Assembly (NCBI GenBank): GCA_965223345.1
Contig: CBDCWG010000012.1
Location: 2,624,001 to 2,688,000, forward strand
Length of the DNA: 64,000 nucleotides
Reading direction: 5' to 3'
Source: Nitrospinales bacterium
GTDB taxonomy: Bacteria > Nitrospinota > Nitrospinia > Nitrospinales > VA-1
The notes beneath the pieces were generated by a model that did not search any database, was not told where the DNA came from, and saw nothing but the letters and a program-made list of their open reading frames with translations. Positions 20,168-29,956 of this stretch are shown piece after piece (position 1 is the stretch's first letter; each line of letters begins with the position of its first letter). Made by a program: the position numbers and the translations under genes.

Positions 20168-20293
20168 ACGCAAATCCAGCGCTTGCGGAAAGGCTGGGAT
20201 TCGGCCCGAAACTCCGGTACAATCCAACTGTCTGAATACAAACGCGAGGGGACTCCCTCTTGTCAACGAAAAGGCCGGATTGTGCCCACGGAC

Positions 20294-21028
20294 ATGCAGA
20301 GCAAGATCAGCCGGAGTTTTTCCCGCCACGCCGAGCATTACGAGCGGCATGCCGGGCTGCAGCGCATCATGGCGGAAAAACTGGCGGCGTACCTGCCGCA
20401 GCCGCTGCCGCAGCGGATCACCGAAGTGGGTTGCGGGACGGGCCTGTTCACGCGGCATCTGCTGGACCGCAACCCGAAACGCCTGGTTCTCAACGACATC
20501 GCGCCGGGGATGATCGCGTATCTGCAATCGCGGCTCGCGCTGCCGCAGGAAACGCGCATCCTGCCCGGCAATGCGGAGAAAATCGATTTTCCTGCAGCGG
20601 ATCTGATTGCCGGAAACGCGGTGTTCCAGTGGTTCGAAGACGAGCAGACAACGCTTCGGCGTTTTCATGCGGCGCTGGCGCCCGGCGGCCGGATTCTGTT
20701 CAGCACTTTCGGACCCGATACGTTGAAAGAATTCCGCGAAACGGCGGCGATGCAGAGCCCCACCGATCTGCGTTCCCTCAAAGCGTGGGAATCCGCACTG
20801 CGGACGGCGGGGTTTGAAGTCGAGGCGAGCCGGCGCGAGCTGAAGCGGACGCATTATCCGGACACGCTGGCGTTGATACGCACTCTGCAGCAGATGGGCG
20901 CCGCCCCTTTGCGGATGCTGTCCGCCGGCGACCTGCGGCGCAAGATGCGCGCGTTCGATCAGCGCTACGCCATCGACGGCGGCGTTCCCGCAACCTGGGA
21001 GCTGCTGTATCTTTCTGCGGCCCGCTGA
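20294..21028 (+). CDS. bioC: Malonyl-ACP O-methyltransferase
   Basis: FSRHAEHYERHAGLQ, EVGCGTG, NAVFQW, FSTFGPDTLKE; biotin gene context. Confidence 0.85.
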   Translation: MQSKISRSFSRHAEHYERHAGLQRIMAEKLAAYLPQPLPQRITEVGCGTGLFTRHLLDRNPKRLVLNDIAPGMIAYLQSRLALPQETRILPGNAEKIDFPAADLIAGNAVFQWFEDEQTTLRRFHAALAPGGRILFSTFGPDTLKEFRETAAMQSPTDLRSLKAWESALRTAGFEVEASRRELKRTHYPDTLALIRTLQQMGAAPLRMLSAGDLRRKMRAFDQRYAIDGGVPATWELLYLSAAR

Positions 21029-21093
21029 TTCCTTTCGTTCACGACGGCGGTTCTTCCCGCCGCTGCAACCGCCGATTCATTTCCTTTCTGTTT

Positions 21094-23007
21094 TTGGTTG
21101 AACCCGCCTTGGACCTTTTGAAAAAAAACATCTCCATCCTGAAAAAAAAGCAGCCCGATCTGGCGCGGCAGTTGCGGGCAGTGAGCTCCTCCGGCAGCTA
21201 TGCGGTCGAACCTGCGCGCACCGGTTCACCGGCCCTGTTTTTCCTGTCCTCGGATGGAGGGAAAAAAACGCTGCACAGTTCCTACGACCCGGTCCGGGAA
21301 GCGGTGCGCTTCGTCGAGTCCCTGCCATTGGACGGGGCGCTGCATTTTCTGGCGATGGGGCTGGGGCTGGGCTACCACCTGCTGGAGCTGGTGGAGCGGG
21401 TGGGATCTTCGGCGCGCATTCTCATCGTCGAAAAGAACCTGGAGGTCGTTCACCTGGCGTTTTCGCATCGGGATCTGACCCCGCTTCTCGCGCATCCGGG
21501 TGTGCGCTTTGCGGTGGCGGCAGAGCCCGAAGACGCGCACGCGGTTCTGGGGAAAGAGAAGACGGCCTTCGGTTTGCACGGCCACGTGCCGGTCGAGTTC
21601 AAGCCGCTCGTCGATGTGGAGGCGGACTATTACGCGTCGCTGCGCACCTGTCTCGACAAAACGCTGCGCGAGAGCCGCATGGATCTTGCCACCAAGTCGG
21701 CGTTTTCGAAATCCTTCTACCGCAATCTCATTGCAAACTGGGGGGCGCTGCTTTCCAGTCCCGGTATCACGCAGCTTGCGGACAGCCTGGCCGGTGTGCC
21801 CTGTGTGGTGGTGGCAGCCGGGCCGTCGCTGGATAAAAACGTGGCGCTGCTCAAGTCCGCCGAAGACAAGGCGCTCATCATCACGGTGGCCACCGCGTTG
21901 AAGGCGCTCAAAAACGCGGGCATCCGGCCGGACTTCGTGATGGCCAACGATCCGGACCCCTCGACGCTGCGGGCGTTCGGTGCCGGGCCGCCGGCTGCGG
22001 ACCTGTGGCTGGTGTACGATCCCTGTGTTCCCAAAGACATCGTCGAGAGTTTTGCCGGGCGCAGGCTGACGACGGATTCGGGCGTGGCGCTTTCGCAATG
22101 GCTCAGCAACAACCATTTGCCGCGCGGATCGCTGGGGACCGTGTATTCGGTGGCGCACGCGGCGTTTCTGTTCGCCCGCCATCTGGGCTGCACGCCCGTC
22201 ATCTTCACCGGGCAGGATCTGGCGTTCGACCGCACGCGCCTGCACTGCTCCGGGTCGTTTTACGATCAGGGCCACCGCGACCGGGTCAACGAGATGCAGC
22301 CGGTGCAGATGCTGGAACGGGAAAAATTCCAGGGATTCGCGGATTCGCTCGGCACGCTGAGCGATGTGTTCGGCCATCCCGCCGCGACCACGCTGGCGCT
22401 CGACACCTACCGCAACCGCTTCGCGGAAGCCATCGGCGGCGCGGCCGATGTGATCAACGCGACCGAAGGCGGCATCCCCATTCCCGGCATCCAGAACCTT
22501 TCCCTGCGCGAGGCGTTGACCCGGCATTGCGGGGGATCGGTGCGGCAGCGGAAAAAAGCCTTTCTCAAGCGCATCGCCCCTCCCCCCTGCCCTGCCGCGC
22601 TGATCGCGGCTCTGGAGAATCAGGCGCAACGCTTACGCGGCATTCATGAGAAGGTTCTGGCGCTGCGCAAGGAATTTGCCGGTTCGGGCAATGGTGCGGG
22701 GAAAGGCAGCAAACAGGAATTCGTGCGGCAGGCGGAAGCCCTTTACCGCTTCATGCTCGAAGATGTGGAATCCGTGAAGCTGATGCAGGGCTACCTGTAC
22801 GCCGGGTTCGCGCAGTGGAACCGGGAAAATACGCGCCTGATGCAGAAGGAAAACGACGCGGCTGAGAGCGAGATCCTCAACGGCAAAGCCGACCGCGACC
22901 GGGCCTTTTTGCCAGTGCTGGAAGAGGCTTCGGGTTTTTTAGCCGAGGCGTTCACTGAGATGGCGGAGAAAGGGAAACGGAAAGAGCGGGATGGAGTATC
23001 GAGATAA
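21094..23007 (+). CDS. DUF115 / motility accessory factor (Maf)-family protein
   Basis: LHSSYDP, GLGLGYH, AAGPSLDKN, GQDLAF, INATEGG. Confidence 0.82.
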   Translation: MVEPALDLLKKNISILKKKQPDLARQLRAVSSSGSYAVEPARTGSPALFFLSSDGGKKTLHSSYDPVREAVRFVESLPLDGALHFLAMGLGLGYHLLELVERVGSSARILIVEKNLEVVHLAFSHRDLTPLLAHPGVRFAVAAEPEDAHAVLGKEKTAFGLHGHVPVEFKPLVDVEADYYASLRTCLDKTLRESRMDLATKSAFSKSFYRNLIANWGALLSSPGITQLADSLAGVPCVVVAAGPSLDKNVALLKSAEDKALIITVATALKALKNAGIRPDFVMANDPDPSTLRAFGAGPPAADLWLVYDPCVPKDIVESFAGRRLTTDSGVALSQWLSNNHLPRGSLGTVYSVAHAAFLFARHLGCTPVIFTGQDLAFDRTRLHCSGSFYDQGHRDRVNEMQPVQMLEREKFQGFADSLGTLSDVFGHPAATTLALDTYRNRFAEAIGGAADVINATEGGIPIPGIQNLSLREALTRHCGGSVRQRKKAFLKRIAPPPCPAALIAALENQAQRLRGIHEKVLALRKEFAGSGNGAGKGSKQEFVRQAEALYRFMLEDVESVKLMQGYLYAGFAQWNRENTRLMQKENDAAESEILNGKADRDRAFLPVLEEASGFLAEAFTEMAEKGKRKERDGVSR

Positions 23008-23020
23008 TGCAAAATGGATT

Positions 23021-23105
23021 CTGTCACCCTGAGCCCTTCGATAAGCTCAGGACAGGCTCTGTCGAAGGTGACTGCATCATGCTTCGACAAGCTCAGCATG
23101 ACAGT
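23021..23105. repeat. Nested REP-like cluster, module A, between convergent genes
   Basis: CTGTCACCCTGAGC[CCTTCGATAAGCTCAGGACAGGCT]CTGTCGAAGGTG followed by CATGCTTCGACAAGCTCAGCATGACAG. Confidence 0.85.
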
Positions 23106-23139
23106 CCTTTGCCTTATCCAATTTTCGAGTCAAAAATTC

Positions 23140-24120
23140 TCATTTCTTCACCGTTTCGAGGAGGCTGGAACCGTGGCTGAGGGTGTGGGTTTTGAACGCG
23201 CCGAAACCGCTGGCCTTGAGCAGCGCTTCGGTTTCCTTGAAGGTGTAGGATTTGCCCGTGGCGGTGAACAGCAGCATGGTGAGCGCGAACATCGCCGCAT
23301 CGTGCGGTTCGGTGCGGTTTCCCTTGAGGAACAGGTCCATCAGGACCAGCCGGCCACCGGGAGCGAGCGCGCGGTGGATTTTTTTGAACAGCTTTTTGTT
23401 CTCCCTGGGGCTGTAGATGTGCAGGATGTTGGAGAACAGCACGGTGTCGTGCCCCTTGCCGTAGTCGGTGTCGAATAGATCCCCTTCTAAAAATTCGATG
23501 CGCTTGAACACGCTGGTTTTGCCCAGAATCTCGCGCGCGACTTCCAGGGTCGCGGGGCGGTCGAGCAGCGTCGCGGTGGCCTTTTTGTCCTTCTGCAATA
23601 TGGCGGCGCTGTAGGAGCCGGGGCCGGAGCCCAGGTCGAGCAGCCGCCCCACCCGCTTGCGCGCGACGGCAGCGGCCACTTTTTGGGCGTAGGGGGCGCT
23701 GCGTTCGTGCATGGCGTGCGTGAACGGGCGGCGGAATTCCGGATCGTCCGGGCCCTCGAACTCGGACCGGTCGCGGCCGTTCTTGATCGTCTTCAGCAGG
23801 CTGGCCCATTCGTCGCGGTTCTGGCCGCGCAGAAACACGATGCCGCGCTTGTAGTGCGGGCTCGTCTCACAAAGATGCTTGTGAGTCTCGGAGGTGTTCT
23901 GGAATTTGTCTTTGGTTTTCCTGAGCGCGCCCATCGAGACGAGCGCGTTGAGCAAGGGTTCTGTGGCTTCGGCGTCGGTGCCGGCTTTTTGCGCCACCGC
24001 TCTGGCGCTGAGTTTCTTTTTATCGAGGATGGAAAAAATCTTCAACTCCAGCGCCGCGAGCAGCACGTTGGCTTCTTCCAACTGGTCGATCTTGTCGATG
24101 ATCTGGTCGAATGTGAGCAT
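23140..24120 (-). CDS. SAM-dependent O-methyltransferase with dimerisation domain
   Basis: LLDLGSGPG, EGDLF, SNILH, LAPGGRL. Confidence 0.88.
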   Translation of the reverse strand: MLTFDQIIDKIDQLEEANVLLAALELKIFSILDKKKLSARAVAQKAGTDAEATEPLLNALVSMGALRKTKDKFQNTSETHKHLCETSPHYKRGIVFLRGQNRDEWASLLKTIKNGRDRSEFEGPDDPEFRRPFTHAMHERSAPYAQKVAAAVARKRVGRLLDLGSGPGSYSAAILQKDKKATATLLDRPATLEVAREILGKTSVFKRIEFLEGDLFDTDYGKGHDTVLFSNILHIYSPRENKKLFKKIHRALAPGGRLVLMDLFLKGNRTEPHDAAMFALTMLLFTATGKSYTFKETEALLKASGFGAFKTHTLSHGSSLLETVKK

Positions 24121-24154
24121 AGGTGTGTGAGGGTGAGTGCGGTCGGTTGCGGCG

Positions 24155-24811
24155 TCACTCCGCGAGCAGGGGCTGGATCATCTTGGCCAGTCCGAGGCCG
24201 GAGCCGAACAGCTTGTGCCGCAGCACGCCCTTTTTGTCGATGATGAGTGTGGACGGGGTGCCCCGGAGCTCGTAGGCTTCGAAAGTTTTGGCGTCGTATT
24301 GTTTTTGCCTGAGGTACGCGGCCACCTGCGCCCGCACCATGTTCTGGTTTTTTTCAGGCAGTGCGTCGAAGTTGTTGATGTCGCGCCGGATGATTTTCTG
24401 CACGTCCTCTTCGTTGATTTCCTCGCTGTTCTTGTCCAGCTTGTCCCAGGCCACGGGAAACGGGATGGGATAGAGCAGCTTGTTGCCGTTCAGCATGTTG
24501 GCGGTGGACAGCGAGGACAGGGTCTCGCCGATCACCTCGCCTTTGTGCACGAGTTTTTTCAGGTTCTCCAGGTTGTTCTTGTCGAAATCCTCGAATGCGG
24601 TGGCGAGCCCCCAGACGGTGAGCGGCTCGTCCTGATAGGTCTGCAAGAGGTCGATGATCTCGGGGATGCCGGCGATGAAACAGCCGGGACAGTTGACTTG
24701 AAACACTTCGATCAGCAGAACCCGGCCCCGCTCCTGTTCGATGCTGGTGGGGTTGCCCTGCACCCATTGATCGACGGTCAGTTCGGGGGCTTTCTCGTTG
24801 ACTTGTGCCAT
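24155..24811 (-). CDS. Thioredoxin-fold redoxin (TlpA/AhpC-like)
   Basis: FQVNCPGC, GTP motif, IIDKKG. Confidence 0.8.
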   Translation of the reverse strand: MAQVNEKAPELTVDQWVQGNPTSIEQERGRVLLIEVFQVNCPGCFIAGIPEIIDLLQTYQDEPLTVWGLATAFEDFDKNNLENLKKLVHKGEVIGETLSSLSTANMLNGNKLLYPIPFPVAWDKLDKNSEEINEEDVQKIIRRDINNFDALPEKNQNMVRAQVAAYLRQKQYDAKTFEAYELRGTPSTLIIDKKGVLRHKLFGSGLGLAKMIQPLLAE

Positions 24812-24853
24812 GACATCATCCGGTGAAAAAAGTGGTGGGCGGGCGCACCGCGA

Positions 24854-25699
24854 TCATCCCGCGGCGTTTGCCGGGTTTTCGATCTGGTTTATCATCTGCT
24901 GGATCAGCGTGCGCACGGAGGCGGGCGGACTGCGCTTCAGGGCCTCGTTGAGGATGTACAGCGCCCGGCTCTTTTCGCCTTTCTGGTTGTGGACCATGCC
25001 AAGCATAACATGGGACATGAAAAATTTGTCCTCTGCCGGATATTTTTTCACGATGGTGTTCCACTGGCGCACGGCCTCGGAATATTTTCTCAGCTTGTAG
25101 TAGGCGGTGGCGAGGCCGAAGTGCAGGTTGTCCTTCAGGGCCCGGGGTGGATTGCGGAGCAAGAGCTGGTTGAATTTTTTGATGCTGCGCTTGTATTGGC
25201 CGTCCCTCAACAGGCGGATCGCCTGGTTGTAGTCGGCGCGGGTGAAGCGGGGCACGGCCGGGACGCGGTAGGCGCTTTTGAGATTTTCCTTGAGCAAACG
25301 CTGTGAGGCCTTTATAAAGGCGATTTCCTGCTTCAGCCGCTGGTTGTTCTTTTCCTCCTCGGCGATTTTTTCGAGGATCTGCGCTTCGATGGCGCTGGTG
25401 CGGCTTGCGTTCCAGCTCATGGCGTGCTCCAGCGCCTGGGTCTGCTGGTACAAGCCCTGTTGTTTCAACACCAGCATGCGCATGTCGTCGGACACGGCGT
25501 CCAGTTCCCGCTGGCGGGCTTTGCGAAATTCCAGCTCTTCCTGCGACGGCGGGATCCAGATGTGCATCTCAACAGTAGAGGTGTCGATCGCCGGTTCCTT
25601 CGGCTCGGGCGCGCCGGCGCAGGCTGTGATCAAAAGGCCCAGCATCGAGGCTTGGAAAACGCAGCGCAATTGAGGTAAAGTAAGTATAGAAGGAATCAT
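24854..25699 (-). CDS. Coiled-coil plus TPR lipoprotein (CpoB/YbgF-like)
   Basis: LITAC lipobox, central coiled coil, three C-terminal TPR-like repeats. Confidence 0.7.
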   Translation of the reverse strand: MIPSILTLPQLRCVFQASMLGLLITACAGAPEPKEPAIDTSTVEMHIWIPPSQEELEFRKARQRELDAVSDDMRMLVLKQQGLYQQTQALEHAMSWNASRTSAIEAQILEKIAEEEKNNQRLKQEIAFIKASQRLLKENLKSAYRVPAVPRFTRADYNQAIRLLRDGQYKRSIKKFNQLLLRNPPRALKDNLHFGLATAYYKLRKYSEAVRQWNTIVKKYPAEDKFFMSHVMLGMVHNQKGEKSRALYILNEALKRSPPASVRTLIQQMINQIENPANAAG

Positions 25700-25741
25700 G
25701 AAGTTTATTTTAAGGCATTAACCTTTATTTATCAAGGTGTT

Positions 25742-26662
25742 ATGAGCGAATACTATTCCGTCCTCGGCGTCGATCGCAAGGCGTCCCAGGATGAAATTAA
25801 AAAGGCGTACCGCAAGCTGGCCTTGAAATACCACCCCGACCGCAACAAGGACAACCCGAAAGCGGAGGAGAAGTTCAAGGAAATCAGCGAGGCGTACGCG
25901 GTCCTCAGCGACGACAAGAAGCGCAAACAGTACGATCAGTTCGGCGCGGACGGATTCCACAAGAAATTTTCCCAGGAGGACATCTTCCGGGATTTCGATA
26001 TGAACGAGGTGTTCCAGGGGTTCGGTTTCAACTTCGGCGGCGGCAGCCCGATGCAGGGGATCGAGGATTTTTTCCGCACCGGCAGCTTTCGCAGCGGCGG
26101 GGCTTCGTTCGAAGATATCTTTCACGGCGGCCACCGGTCCGGTCCGCAGCGCGGGCAGGACGTGGAGGCGCTATTGACAGTGAGTTTCGAAGAAGCGGCG
26201 CTGGGGGCGGAAAAACGCTTCTCCGTGCAGGCCAACGGCCGCAGCCAGGAAACCAGCGTGCGCATCCCCGCCGGCATCGCCAACGGCAAGAGACTCCGGC
26301 TCAAGGGGAAAGGCAATCCGGGCGCCAAGGGCGCGCCGGCGGGCGACCTGTATCTGAAGGTGCAGGTGCAGCCGCATCCGCTGTTTCAGCGCGAGGGCCA
26401 CGACATCCTGCTGGATCTGGAAGTCCAGCTCACCGAAGCGCTGCTTGGAACCACGCGGGAAGTGCCGACCCTGTCCGGAGCGAAAAACCTCAAAATCCCG
26501 CCCGGAACCCAGAGCCACTCCCGCCTGCGGCTCAAGGGTCTTGGGATCGCCGACTCCAAGGGCAAAGGCGATCAACTGGTGCGCATCATCGTGAAGATGC
26601 CGAAAGTTCTCACCGACGAGCAGACCCGGCTCATCGAAGACCTCAAAAAAAGCGGTTTGTGA
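25742..26662 (+). CDS. DnaJ-class chaperone lacking zinc finger (CbpA-like)
   Basis: J-domain HPD, G/F region, C-terminal domains, no CxxCxGxG repeats. Confidence 0.9.
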   Translation: MSEYYSVLGVDRKASQDEIKKAYRKLALKYHPDRNKDNPKAEEKFKEISEAYAVLSDDKKRKQYDQFGADGFHKKFSQEDIFRDFDMNEVFQGFGFNFGGGSPMQGIEDFFRTGSFRSGGASFEDIFHGGHRSGPQRGQDVEALLTVSFEEAALGAEKRFSVQANGRSQETSVRIPAGIANGKRLRLKGKGNPGAKGAPAGDLYLKVQVQPHPLFQREGHDILLDLEVQLTEALLGTTREVPTLSGAKNLKIPPGTQSHSRLRLKGLGIADSKGKGDQLVRIIVKMPKVLTDEQTRLIEDLKKSGL

Positions 26663-26751
26663 CCCCTGAAATATACGTTTATAACCAGTGAGGGGCGGGT
26701 TTTTTTGAATCCCGCGGCTGTTTTTCGCATCTTCAGGGAGTGGATGAGGGA

Positions 26752-26904
26752 GCCTCGCGCAAAGGCGCAAAGGGTGAACGAAGAAGAGTGAAGAAAAGAA
26801 AACTGTCACCCTGAGGCCTTCGGCATACTCAGGCACAGCTCTGTCGAAGGGTGAAGTGAGGCAGTTAAAAAATCCTTCCTCATTTACAATCCTGTGATCC
26901 TGTC
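26752..26904 (+). repeat. Composite repeat B-A-C, left inverted arm
   Basis: 26752-26772, 26810-26861 and 26871-26904 match reverse complements of 28097-28117 (20/21), 27956-28007 (49/52) and 27910-27943 (32/34) by manual alignment. Confidence 0.9.
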
Positions 26905-26931
26905 TGGTTTTTTAAGGAGAATCCAACTTTA

Positions 26932-27228
26932 ATGGCGCGCATCGTATTCCAGCCCGACAACGTGACCCATGAATTTGAGGACGGCACCCCGCTCATCGAC
27001 TGCTGCGACGAGGTGGACGTGTCCCTGAGTTTCGGTTGCACCGAAGGCACCTGCGGGGTGTGCGAACTCACCGTGGTGAAGGGGATGGAAAACTGTTCCC
27101 GGCTGACGGAAGAGGAAAAGGATTACCTCTTGGAAGAAGACCTGGAAGCGGGCATGCGCCTCGGCTGCCAGCTCAAGGTGCGCAAAGGCGAAGTGACGCT
27201 CACCTGGAAGGGCAACCGCGCCACGTGA
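26932..27228 (+). CDS. 2Fe-2S ferredoxin
   Basis: CTEGTCGVC...RLGCQ; AAGGAG RBS. Confidence 0.93.
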   Translation: MARIVFQPDNVTHEFEDGTPLIDCCDEVDVSLSFGCTEGTCGVCELTVVKGMENCSRLTEEEKDYLLEEDLEAGMRLGCQLKVRKGEVTLTWKGNRAT

Positions 27229-27272
27229 AAGAACCGCTTCTACCAATATTGAAACAATAGGCGATTTATCCC

Positions 27273-27869
27273 CTACCCTCCCTCATCCTCTTTGCCGGGT
27301 TCCCAGAGGAATTCGGTTTCTCCCAGTTTCACGGCGCTCCAGCGGCTGAACACGAACAACGCGTCGGACAGGCGGTTGATGTAGGCGATCAGCTGCGGGT
27401 CCACGGGTTCGTCGCGGTTCAGGGTCACGATGCGGCGCTCGGCGCGGCGGCAGACGGTGCGGGCCTGGTGCAGAAACGCCAGCACGTGGCTGCCTCCGGG
27501 CAGGGTGAAGCTGTTGAGCGGTTTGAGTTCGGCGTTCATCGAGTCGATGACGCCCTCCAGCCAGGCGACGTTGGCTTCGGTCAGGTACTTGCGTTCCGGG
27601 CGCTCGACGCCCGGCGGGGTGGCCAGCAGGCTGCCGATGTCGAACAGGCGGTTCTGGATGCCGCGCAGGATGTTTTCCAGCCGGTCCCGTTCTTCGGACG
27701 GCGGTTTCTCCAGGTTGAAGCAGCGCACCAGCCCGAGGATGCTGTTGAGCTCGTCGATGGTGCCGTAGGCTTCGACGCGGGCGTGGTCCTTGGCGATGCG
27801 CACGCCTTTGACGAGGGAGGTTTCGCCCTGGTCGCCTTTTTTTGTGTAGACTTTATTGATGCGTACCAT
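27273..27869 (-). CDS. pduO: ATP:cob(I)alamin adenosyltransferase, PduO type
   Basis: YTKKGDQGET, AYGTIDELNS, ARTVCRRAER, NRLSDALF. Confidence 0.9.
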   Translation of the reverse strand: MVRINKVYTKKGDQGETSLVKGVRIAKDHARVEAYGTIDELNSILGLVRCFNLEKPPSEERDRLENILRGIQNRLFDIGSLLATPPGVERPERKYLTEANVAWLEGVIDSMNAELKPLNSFTLPGGSHVLAFLHQARTVCRRAERRIVTLNRDEPVDPQLIAYINRLSDALFVFSRWSAVKLGETEFLWEPGKEDEGG

Positions 27870-27908
27870 GTTGTGCCCTTTGGCTGGTATTGATGAGATT
27901 AAAATGTC

Positions 27909-28150
27909 GGACAGGATCACCGGATTGGAAATGAGGAAGGATTCCTTCACTCTCCCCTCATTTCACCCTTCGACAGAGCTGGGCCTGAGTATGTCGAAGG
28001 CCTCAGGTTATCTTTGCTCCACTTTTTTCCTTTCCTGCTTCTTTGCGTCTTCGTCGAGCATAGCTCGACACCCGCTTATCAAAATACTGGAGGTGGCTTG
28101 GCGCCTTTGCGCGAGGCCTGTTTCCCCCTTTTATCCTGTCAATCCTGTCC
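27909..28150 (-). repeat. Composite MITE-like repeat C-B-A-C, right inverted arm
   Basis: Ends GGACAGGAT...ATCCTGTCC are inverted; contains modules A and B and a GTCGAGC-ATA-GCTCGAC hairpin. Confidence 0.85.
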
Positions 28151-28260
28151 AATCCTTCGTCTTTTGCGGCTAGGGGCGAGTTCCCACTCTGCCAAAATTG
28201 TAGCCCCTCGCGCGGGGGAAGCAAACCCTTATTTTTACGGGCGCAAGCGCCGGTTTGCGC

Positions 28261-28289
28261 TTGACTTCGGCGCGGTCCTGCGCTACTCT
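28261..28289 (+). promoter_or_regulatory. Sigma70 promoter of pyr operon
   Basis: TTGACT-17bp-TACTCT directly upstream of PyrR leader. Confidence 0.75.
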
Positions 28290-28303
28290 GTTGAAAGATA
28301 TGA

Positions 28304-28339
28304 TTCCTTTAAGGCGGTCCTGTGAGGCTGCCAAGGGAG
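28304..28339 (+). promoter_or_regulatory. PyrR-binding RNA stem-loop (attenuator leader)
   Basis: CCTTTAAGGCGGTCCTGTGAGGCTGCCAAGG fits the CUUUAA...GUCCNGNGAGGCU consensus; upstream of pyrR. Confidence 0.88.
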
Positions 28340-28373
28340 AAGCCCGATGAGATACGTACAGGACAGGCACGCG

Positions 28374-28412
28374 ACCTCCTAGGTGGAAAAAATCCGCAGG
28401 AGGTTTTTTTTT
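28374..28412 (+). terminator. Attenuator terminator of pyr leader
   Basis: ACCTCCT...AGGAGGT stem followed by a long T run. Confidence 0.85.
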
Positions 28413-28456
28413 GCCCCTGCCCTCTCTCCTCCAAGCGCCTCCCGCAAACGCGCACC

Positions 28457-28996
28457 ATGACCATTGTCGCACTCAATTCCACGGGGATCGCCCGTGCGGT
28501 GAACCGCATCGCCCACGAAATTCTGGAAAAAAACCAAGGCGCGGACAACCTCGCGCTGGTGGGCATCCGCACGCGCGGCGTCACGCTGTCGAAGCGCCTG
28601 CAGGCCAAGATCGCGGAGATCGAAAACGTCACCGTGGATCACGGCATCCTGGACATCACGCTGTACCGGGACGATCTGAGCACGGCGGCGAAGTTCCCGA
28701 CGCTCAAAAAGACCGAGATCGCCTTTCCTATCGAAGGCCGGCACGTCGTGCTGTGCGACGACGTGCTGTACACCGGGCGCACGATCCGCGCCGCCATCGA
28801 CGCGCTGATGGACTTCGGCCGCCCGGCGTCGGTGCAGCTTGCGGTGCTGATCGACCGCGGCCACCGGGAACTGCCGATCCGGCCGGATTATGTGGGCAAG
28901 AACATCCCTACCGCCAAAAACATGATGGTGCGGGTGCGCCTCAAGGAAGACGACGCGCAGGACGATCAGGTCTTTATTGTCGAACCAACCGACTGA
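28457..28996 (+). CDS. pyrR: PyrR attenuation protein / uracil phosphoribosyltransferase
   Basis: RIAHEILEKN, LDITLYRDDL, DDVLYTGRT, DRGHRELPIRPDYVGKN. Confidence 0.96.
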   Translation: MTIVALNSTGIARAVNRIAHEILEKNQGADNLALVGIRTRGVTLSKRLQAKIAEIENVTVDHGILDITLYRDDLSTAAKFPTLKKTEIAFPIEGRHVVLCDDVLYTGRTIRAAIDALMDFGRPASVQLAVLIDRGHRELPIRPDYVGKNIPTAKNMMVRVRLKEDDAQDDQVFIVEPTD

Positions 28997-29004
28997 ACAC
29001 GTAA

Positions 29005-29946
29005 ATGCCTCTCAGCGTTAAAAACATACTGGGAACCCGCGGCCTGAACCGGGACGATCTGGAAACGATCCTCGACACGGCGGATTCGTTCAAGGAGATC
29101 TCCACGCGCGAGATCAAAAAGGTGCCGACCCTGCGCGGCCGCACGGTGATCAACCTGTTTTTCGAGCCGAGCACGCGCACCCGCACCTCGTTCGAGATCG
29201 CCGGCAAGCGGCTGAGCGCCGACGTCATCAATATTTCCGGCTCCACCAGCAGCACGGTGAAAGGGGAAAACCTGATCGACACCGCCCGCAACCTGGAAGC
29301 GATGTCGCCGGACATTCTGGTGGTGCGGCACGCCAGCGCCGGGGCCCCCGCCCTGCTGGCCGATTTTGTGAACTGCCCGATCATCAACGCCGGCGACGGG
29401 GCGCACGAGCACCCGACGCAGGCGTTTCTCGACCTGCTGACGATCCGCGAGCACAAGGGGAAGCTGGACGGCCTGAACGTGGCCATCGTCGGGGATATCC
29501 TGCACAGCCGCGTGACCCGCTCCAACATCTACGCCATGAAAACCCTCGGCATGCAGGTGACGGTCGCCGGGCCGGCGACGCTGATGCCTTTCGGCATCGA
29601 ACAACTCGGAGTGCGGGTGACGCACGATCTGACCGAAGCGATTCGCGACGCCGATGTCGTCATGATGCTCAGAATCCAGCAGGAGCGGCAGAACCAATAT
29701 CACCTCGCCGGGCTGCGCGAATACGCCAACCTGTTCTGCCTGACGGCGGAACGGCTGAAGGCGGCGCGCGAGGATGTGCTGATCGTGCATCCGGGGCCGG
29801 TGAACCGCGGTGTCGAAATTGCGCTGGATGTCATGGAAGGGCCGCACTCGGTGATTCTCAATCAGGTGACAAACGGGGTGGCGGTTCGCATGGCGCTCAT
29901 GTATCTTCTTCTGGGCGAAGCCAAGGAAGAACTCACGCAGGTATGA
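29005..29946 (+). CDS. pyrB: Aspartate carbamoyltransferase catalytic subunit
   Basis: [27 protein letters not shown]. Confidence 0.97.
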   Translation: MPLSVKNILGTRGLNRDDLETILDTADSFKEISTREIKKVPTLRGRTVINLFFEPSTRTRTSFEIAGKRLSADVINISGSTSSTVKGENLIDTARNLEAMSPDILVVRHASAGAPALLADFVNCPIINAGDGAHEHPTQAFLDLLTIREHKGKLDGLNVAIVGDILHSRVTRSNIYAMKTLGMQVTVAGPATLMPFGIEQLGVRVTHDLTEAIRDADVVMMLRIQQERQNQYHLAGLREYANLFCLTAERLKAAREDVLIVHPGPVNRGVEIALDVMEGPHSVILNQVTNGVAVRMALMYLLLGEAKEELTQV

Positions 29947-29956
29947 AGCAAATCAT

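Noticed and set aside
22791..23478. ORFs starting MLSLSKH and MDSVTLSPSISSGQALSK
   Set aside because: Translations of the module A repeat, overlapping real genes
26752..28150. CRISPR array or integron attC interpretation of the repeats
   Set aside because: No regularly spaced direct repeats with spacers, no cas or intI gene, no clear RYYYAAC/GTTRRRY ends
27870..28250. Cobalamin riboswitch upstream of pduO
   Set aside because: No recognisable B12-box core by eye; region is occupied by the repeat element. An Infernal scan would be decisive
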